Below are positions 57,362 through 64,000 of a stretch of 64,000 nt of DNA, one piece after another. The first letter of the stretch is position 1; each line of letters starts with the position of its first letter. The stretch spans positions 192,001 to 256,000 of the forward strand of contig CAXXLZ010000003.1 of NCBI GenBank assembly GCA_963675595.2. The letters run 5' to 3'. The notes under the pieces are model-generated. The model was given only the letters and a program-made list of their open reading frames with translations, was not told where the DNA came from and did not search any database. Source of the DNA: Thermodesulfobacteriota bacterium (GTDB taxonomy: Bacteria > Desulfobacterota > Desulfarculia > JACQYL01). Position numbers and translations under genes: made by a program.

Positions 57362-57581
57362 CGGAGATTCCGGAGCGCCGACGCAACTCGTATTCGGCGA
57401 AGAGCGGTCGGTGCCGGATGCTTCGCCGCCACGGTCGGGTTGCTTGCTGTGGGCCTGGTTCGGCGGTTTCCGGCGCGTCGTTTTTCAGCGGCCCGCCGAG
57501 GCGGTGGGAGAGAGCGTTGACGAGCCGATATCCCCGCCGCGAACCCGTCGGTGTTGAACAGCCGGTTGATTGAGGATGTGA

Positions 57582-58502
<921 letters not shown>

Positions 58503-58588
58503 TCCGCCTACAAGGTGAGGCGCGAACCCGGCGAGCAACGGGAACCGGCGGATCCGATGGAAAACGCCCGAAACGCGGATGGAAGCCA

Positions 58589-59764
58589 ATGGACGTCAAG
58601 CAGATCGAAAAACAGGTAATCATGCAGACTTACGCCAGAAACGATCTGGTGCTGCAGAAGGGCAAAGGGACCCGGGTTTGGGATGACCAGGGCAACGAAT
58701 ATCTCGATTTCGTGGCGGGCATCGCCGTCTGTAATCTGGGTCACGCCCATGATATCGTGACCGAAGCCATATGCCGTCAAGCCGGGACTTTGTTGCATAC
58801 ATCAAACCTCTACTATACCGAGCCTCAGGTACGATTGGCGCAATTGCTTACGCAGCACAGCTTCGCCGACAAAGCGTTCTTCTGCAACAGCGGGGCTGAG
58901 GCGAACGAAGCCGCCATCAAGTTGGCGCGCAAGTATGCTTCGGAAAAATATGGTCCTTTGAAGAACCGGATCATATCCACCGAAATGTCGTTTCATGGTC
59001 GGACCATGGCGACTCTTACCGCCACGGGGCAGGCCAAGGTGAAAAAGGGGTATGACCCCTTGCTGGAAGGTTTTGTACGCGTGCCTTTCAATGATTTAAA
59101 TGCGGCTCGGGAGGCCATGGACGAAACGGTTTGCGGATTTCTGGTGGAACCCATTCAAGGGGAGGGAGGAGTGATTGTGCCCGACCCGGATTATCTCAGG
59201 AATCTTCGCGAGCTGTGCGACGAGCGGGGCGTGCTTTTGATGTTCGACGAAGTCCAGACCGGCATGGGCAGAACAGGTACGCTCTTTGCCTACCAGGGGT
59301 TCGGAGTGGAGCCGCACATCATGTCCCTGGCCAAGGCGTTGGCCAACGGCCTTCCCATGGGGGCCATCGTCGCGGTGGAGGAAGTGGCGGAGTCGTTTGG
59401 AGTCGGAAGCCATGCCACTACGTTCGGCGGAGGTCCGTTGGTTTCTGCGGCCGCCGTCGCCGTCATGGAAGTGCTGACCTCCGAGGGATTCCTGGAGGGA
59501 GCGGCCGAGATGGGAGAATTCCTTGCGGAAGGGCTTAGAGAGGTGGCCCGAAGCTCACCGATTATTCGACAGGTTCGGGGTACCGGCATGATTTGGGCCC
59601 TGGATCTGGATCGAGAGGCCAAACCTTTCGTTGCTAAGGCCCAGTCCCGAGGTGTGTTGATCAACTGTGTCCAGGACAAGACGCTCAGGTTCACACCACC
59701 GTTGATCGTCACCCGGGAAGAAATTGAGCGATTGATTCAGGTACTGCAAGAAATTCTTGTATGA
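58589..59764 (+). CDS. argD: Acetylornithine aminotransferase
   Basis: NSGAEANEAAIK, FHGRT, EPIQGEGG, DEVQTGMGRTG, LAKAL; in the arg operon. Confidence 0.94.
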   Translation: MDVKQIEKQVIMQTYARNDLVLQKGKGTRVWDDQGNEYLDFVAGIAVCNLGHAHDIVTEAICRQAGTLLHTSNLYYTEPQVRLAQLLTQHSFADKAFFCNSGAEANEAAIKLARKYASEKYGPLKNRIISTEMSFHGRTMATLTATGQAKVKKGYDPLLEGFVRVPFNDLNAAREAMDETVCGFLVEPIQGEGGVIVPDPDYLRNLRELCDERGVLLMFDEVQTGMGRTGTLFAYQGFGVEPHIMSLAKALANGLPMGAIVAVEEVAESFGVGSHATTFGGGPLVSAAAVAVMEVLTSEGFLEGAAEMGEFLAEGLREVARSSPIIRQVRGTGMIWALDLDREAKPFVAKAQSRGVLINCVQDKTLRFTPPLIVTREEIERLIQVLQEILV

Positions 59765-59770
59765 TGGGAT

Positions 59771-60694
59771 GTGATGGAAAAAGATCTATTATGTGTCCTG
59801 GACCTCACCCGGGAAGAGATACTTGACCTGTTTGAACTGACTTTTCGCCTGAAAGAGCGCTGGAAGACCAAGGGGACAGAAAACCTTTTTCCGGGTAGGA
59901 CCCTGGGAATGCTCTTCAACAAACCGTCGACCCGAACACGGGTATCGTTCCATGCCGCCATGGTGCAATTGGGCGGATCGTGCGTCTACCTTACTTCGCA
60001 GGATACGCAACTCTGCCGGAACGAAACCGTGGAGGACACCGCCCGCGTTTTGTCCAGGTATGTGGATGTGCTGGCGGTGAGGACTTACGATCAGAAAGTG
60101 CTGGAGGCCATGGCCAAGGCGGCCACGGTACCCGTAATCAACGCCTTGACGGATCGGTATCATCCTTGTCAGGGGTTGAGCGACGTCTTCACCATTCTGG
60201 AGAAGAGAGGTACTTTGGACGGCCTGAAGGCTGCATGGGTGGGCGATGGAAACAACGTGGCTCATTCATGGATTCACGCCGCGGCCAGGTTGGGTTTCGA
60301 GTTGAATCTGGCATGCCCCGAAGGGTACGACCCGGATCCGATGATCATGGAGTATGCCGTAAAGGCCAACCCCGGTATCCGATTGGTCAGGGACCCCGTC
60401 GAGGCGGTTGAAGGTTGTGACGTCATCAGCACCGACGTGTGGGTAAGTATGGGGCAGGATGAAGAAAAAGAAGCCCGCATGGCGCGGATGAGGCCCTACC
60501 AGGTGAATCCTTCGTTGGTGTCGCGGGCTGCGGACAGTGCCATGGTTCTGCACTGTCTCCCTGCACATCGCGGACAGGAAATCACGGCCGACTATCTGGA
60601 CAAACCCGATTCCGTGATTTGGGACCAGGCGGAAAACAAAATGCACCTGCACAAGGCTTTGTTGGTAAGATTGTTGGGAGGACAGCTTGACTGA
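59771..60694 (+). CDS. argF: Ornithine carbamoyltransferase
   Basis: STRTR, HPCQ, DVWVSMG, HCLP. Confidence 0.96.
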   Translation: MMEKDLLCVLDLTREEILDLFELTFRLKERWKTKGTENLFPGRTLGMLFNKPSTRTRVSFHAAMVQLGGSCVYLTSQDTQLCRNETVEDTARVLSRYVDVLAVRTYDQKVLEAMAKAATVPVINALTDRYHPCQGLSDVFTILEKRGTLDGLKAAWVGDGNNVAHSWIHAAARLGFELNLACPEGYDPDPMIMEYAVKANPGIRLVRDPVEAVEGCDVISTDVWVSMGQDEEKEARMARMRPYQVNPSLVSRAADSAMVLHCLPAHRGQEITADYLDKPDSVIWDQAENKMHLHKALLVRLLGGQLD

Positions 60695-61895
60695 ACAAAT
60701 CCGGAAGATCGTATTGGCTTATTCCGGGGGCTTGGATACCTCGGTGATCCTCAAATGGCTCAAGGAGGTATACGAAGCCGAAGTCGTCGCGTTCTCGGCC
60801 GATTTGGGGCAGGGTGAGGAGTTGGACCCTGTTTATGAAAAGGCCATGAAGACCGGGGCGTCCAAAGTATACATCGAGGACGTGAGGGAAGAATTCGTCA
60901 GGGATTACGTGTTCCCTTCCTACCGGGCGAACGTGGTCTATGAAGGTACCTATTTGTTGGGAACGTCCCTGGCCAGGCCCTTGATCGCCAAGAAACTGGT
61001 AGAGATCGCCTTGAAGGAGAAAGCCGACGCGGTGAGTCACGGCGCCACGGGCAAAGGGAACGACCAGGTCCGATTCGAGTTGAGTTGTATGGCCTTGGAG
61101 CCGAATCTGACGATCATTGCGCCGTGGAGAGTCTGGGACTTCAAATCAAGGGAACACCTGATTCGCTATGCCAAGGAACACGGCATCGATGTGCCGGTTA
61201 CACCTGCGAAGCCTTACAGCTGCGACCGTAATCTGCTCCACCTGAGCTTTGAGGGCGGCATCTTGGAAGATCCGTGGTCCGAGCCGCCTGAGGATATGTT
61301 TGTGCTGTCCGTATCTCCGGAAAAGGCTCCCGATCGCCCGACATACATCGAAATCGATTATGAATCGGGCAACCCGGTGGCGCTGGACGGGGAGCACATG
61401 AGCCCGGCGACTCTGCTGGCGAGGCTGAACGAGGTGGGGGGCCGCAACGGTATCGGTCGAGTGGACATGGTGGAGAATCGCTTTGTGGGGATGAAGAGCC
61501 GCGGAGTGTATGAGACCCCCGGGGGGACGATTCTTCATTCGGCCCATCGCGCGGTTGAATCCATTACCATGGACCGGGAGGTGATGCATATTCGGGATTC
61601 CCTTATGCCGAAGTACGCCGAGCTCGTATACAACGGCTTCTGGTTCGCTCCCGAACGCGAGTTGCTTCAACGGACCATCGACGATACTCAGGTCAATGTC
61701 ACGGGAACCGCAAGACTGAAGCTCTACAAAGGAAACGTTATCGTAGTGGGCAGGAAATCGAAGACGTCGCTTTACGCGTCCGATTTCGCCACTTTCGAAG
61801 AGGACGCGGTTTACGACCAGGCGGATGCCGGCGGTTTCATACGGCTTAACGGCTTGCGACTCCGAATCAGACGTTTACTGAGAATAGCGGGTTGA
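60687..61895 (+). CDS. argG: Argininosuccinate synthase
   Basis: [34 protein letters not shown]. Confidence 0.97.
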   Translation: MTEQIRKIVLAYSGGLDTSVILKWLKEVYEAEVVAFSADLGQGEELDPVYEKAMKTGASKVYIEDVREEFVRDYVFPSYRANVVYEGTYLLGTSLARPLIAKKLVEIALKEKADAVSHGATGKGNDQVRFELSCMALEPNLTIIAPWRVWDFKSREHLIRYAKEHGIDVPVTPAKPYSCDRNLLHLSFEGGILEDPWSEPPEDMFVLSVSPEKAPDRPTYIEIDYESGNPVALDGEHMSPATLLARLNEVGGRNGIGRVDMVENRFVGMKSRGVYETPGGTILHSAHRAVESITMDREVMHIRDSLMPKYAELVYNGFWFAPERELLQRTIDDTQVNVTGTARLKLYKGNVIVVGRKSKTSLYASDFATFEEDAVYDQADAGGFIRLNGLRLRIRRLLRIAG

Positions 61896-63301
61896 TCGTG
61901 AATACACCGAAGAAGCTATGGGGTGGCAGGTTCCAGTTGGGCACGGATAGGGCCGTCGAAAGATACACTTCGTCCGTCGAGTTCGATCAGCGCCTCTACC
62001 GTTACGATATTGAAGGAAGTATCGTCCACTGTCGAATGCTGGCCAAACAGGGAATCCTGCAGCCTGAAGAGGCGGATAAGCTCGTAGAGACTTTGGGACA
62101 GATTCGACAGGAGATCGATCGTGGAGATTTCTCTTTCGACTCCAAGCTGGAAGACGTGCACATGAACATAGAGGCACGGCTCATCGATTTACTGGGTCCC
62201 TTAGGCCAGAAGGTCCACACGGCGCGAAGCCGAAACGACCAGATCGCTCTGGATTTCAGGATGTACCTGCGGGATGCATCGGATCGTTGCGTCGAGCTTC
62301 TGCGAGATCTTCGTCGCGCGTTGACGGCTCAGGCTCGAGAACAACTGGACGTCATTCTGCCGGGATACACCCATATGCAAAGGGCTCAGCCCGTTTTATT
62401 GGCGCACCATCTGCTGGCTTACGTCGAGATGTTCGGCAGGGATGAAGAGCGGCTGAAGGATTGCAGGAAGAGAATCAACGTTTTTCCTTTAGGCAGTGCG
62501 GCTCTTTCAGGAACGCCCTTTGATCTGGATCGGTTATATGCGGCCGAGACTCTGGAATTCGACGAGGTTTCCAGGAACAGCATGGACGCGGTTAGTGACC
62601 GCGATTTTGTTGCCGAGTTCCTTTTCGATTTGTCCATGATTATGGTGCACGTGAGCAGGCTGTCTGAAGAGCTTATCCTTTGGTGCACCAAGGAATTCGA
62701 TTTTGTGGAGATGTCCGACGCCCATACCACGGGCAGTTCAATCATGCCTCAGAAGAAGAATCCGGACGTGGCCGAGTTGGCCAGAGGAAAGACCGGACGG
62801 GTATTCGGCGCTTTGGTGGCCGTGCTTACTTTGTTGAAAGGACTGCCCCTCACTTATAATCGTGACATGCAGGAGGATAAGGAACCGACCTTCGATGCTC
62901 TGGATACGGTTTCTTCGACTCTTGCGGTGGTCACGAGGGTCATCCAGGGGCTCAAGTTCAAACGTGAATCGATGTTTGAGGCAACGGGACGCGGCTTCCT
63001 CACAGCGACGGATTTGGCGGACTATCTGGTGCGTAAGGACATGCCCTTCCGAAGGGCGCACCAGACCGTGGGACAAATGGTTCAGTACGCCATTGAACAG
63101 GGAAGGGAACTCCACGAACTCGATCTTTCCGAGATGAAGGAGTTTTCGAAGCTTATCGAAGACGACGTGTATGATGTTCTCGATGTTCGGCGATCGCTGG
63201 AAACCCGTCGGGTTTTGGGAGGAACGGCCACGGAAAGAGTGGCGGATGAGTTGGGCAGGATTGAGGAAACTCTGAAGCAACCCGAGGAAGAGGAGTCATG
63301 A
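61892..63301 (+). CDS. argH: Argininosuccinate lyase
   Basis: [47 protein letters not shown]. Confidence 0.97.
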   Translation: MIVNTPKKLWGGRFQLGTDRAVERYTSSVEFDQRLYRYDIEGSIVHCRMLAKQGILQPEEADKLVETLGQIRQEIDRGDFSFDSKLEDVHMNIEARLIDLLGPLGQKVHTARSRNDQIALDFRMYLRDASDRCVELLRDLRRALTAQAREQLDVILPGYTHMQRAQPVLLAHHLLAYVEMFGRDEERLKDCRKRINVFPLGSAALSGTPFDLDRLYAAETLEFDEVSRNSMDAVSDRDFVAEFLFDLSMIMVHVSRLSEELILWCTKEFDFVEMSDAHTTGSSIMPQKKNPDVAELARGKTGRVFGALVAVLTLLKGLPLTYNRDMQEDKEPTFDALDTVSSTLAVVTRVIQGLKFKRESMFEATGRGFLTATDLADYLVRKDMPFRRAHQTVGQMVQYAIEQGRELHELDLSEMKEFSKLIEDDVYDVLDVRRSLETRRVLGGTATERVADELGRIEETLKQPEEEES

Positions 63302-63510
63302 TTCGGAGATGGCTGCCGCTGCTGGTGTTTCTTGCCTTGTTTATGGGAGCCTGCGGTAAAAAAGGACCGCTTCGTGTTCCCGATGAGACCGACACCCGGA
63401 ACGGTTTCACGCATCTCGGCGAGTTGCGGACTTTCACGGCCGTGAAGTCTTTTGGAGTCGTGAAAGGTTCCGTTTCTTCCAGAGTCGACTCGGAGAATGC
63501 ATCGGCATGA
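63298..63510 (+). CDS. Small LptM (YifL)-like lipoprotein
   Basis: Lipobox followed by CGKKGPL, in the usual argH-lipoprotein-dap position. Confidence 0.7.
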   Translation: MIRRWLPLLVFLALFMGACGKKGPLRVPDETDTRNGFTHLGELRTFTAVKSFGVVKGSVSSRVDSENASA

Positions 63511-64000
63511 ACCCATGGCTGGATCGCCCCTTCGTCAAAATGCACGGCGGCGGCAACGATTTCGTCGTCTTGGATGATCGGGACGGAGAGCTCGCCGAAA
63601 GCGTAACGGCGGAGGTCGTTCGAACCCTGTGTGGGCGCAGGACGGGCGTGGGTTCCGATGGCCTGATTCTGGTGGAAAGAGCTCGGACGTCCGATTTTGG
63701 GTGGCGATTCTTCAACTCCGACGGCAGTGAAGCGGAGATGTGCGGCAACGGTGCACGGTGCGTGGCCCGCTTTGCCTTCGAGAAAGAAATCGCACCCCGG
63801 GCAATGATCTTCGATACTCTGGCCGGGCCTGTCCGAGCCGTCGTGTTGGATGGTTCGACGGTGAAATTGCGTCTTCCCGATCCCGGAGAGTGCCGCGAGT
63901 ACGAGAACCTGAAGGTGGACTCGCGCTCTTTGGAGATGGTTCGAATCATAGTGGGGGTTCCTCACGTCGTCCTGTTCGTGGATGACCTGGAGGAGGCCCC
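63507..64000 (+). CDS. dapF: Diaminopimelate epimerase (5' part; runs off the window end)
   Basis: Manual translation MNPWLDRPFVKMHGGGNDFVV...GVGSDGLIL...FNSDGSEAEMCGNGARC...GVPHVV. Confidence 0.95.
   Translation, partial: MNPWLDRPFVKMHGGGNDFVVLDDRDGELAESVTAEVVRTLCGRRTGVGSDGLILVERARTSDFGWRFFNSDGSEAEMCGNGARCVARFAFEKEIAPRAMIFDTLAGPVRAVVLDGSTVKLRLPDPGECREYENLKVDSRSLEMVRIIVGVPHVVLFVDDLEEA

Noticed and set aside
61135-61150. GACTTCAAATC resembling the tRNA-Sec anticodon arm
   Set aside because: It lies inside the argG coding sequence (WDFKS) and has no tRNA structure around it.

Overview
A GC-rich bacterial chromosomal window. The gene content (PxxKW protein, MucR, DUF2333, sigma-54 regulators, SelB, large SRP RNA) suggests a Desulfobacterota/deltaproteobacterial anaerobe; this is an inference. 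The right third is housekeeping: ffs, hisC-cmk-rpsA-sppA-ihfB, ATP-grasp + RNase II, xerC-hslVU, argBDFGH-lptM-dapF. The left two thirds mix core genes (tatC/tatA-B, glgC, rmlD, selB, pcnB) with accessory loci. Highlights: (1) two predicted ORFs at 15780-17594 join through an in-frame TGA in a U-G-S-C motif, followed by a SECIS-like hairpin. They form a probable exported ~604-aa selenoprotein, preceded by a consensus sigma-54 promoter and a multi-stem leader, 5 kb from selB. (2) A translationally coupled operon of three different dynamin-like/TRAFAC GTPases follows a membrane protein whose N-terminus resembles a transposase HTH. (3) A stand-alone ACP / ketosynthase / inactive CLF-like trio. 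(4) An intact IS3-family element with a 4-bp target duplication, inserted into a structured intergenic element. (5) A RibBA homologue with a degenerate DHBP-synthase site. All calls come from motif recognition by eye; no searches were run.
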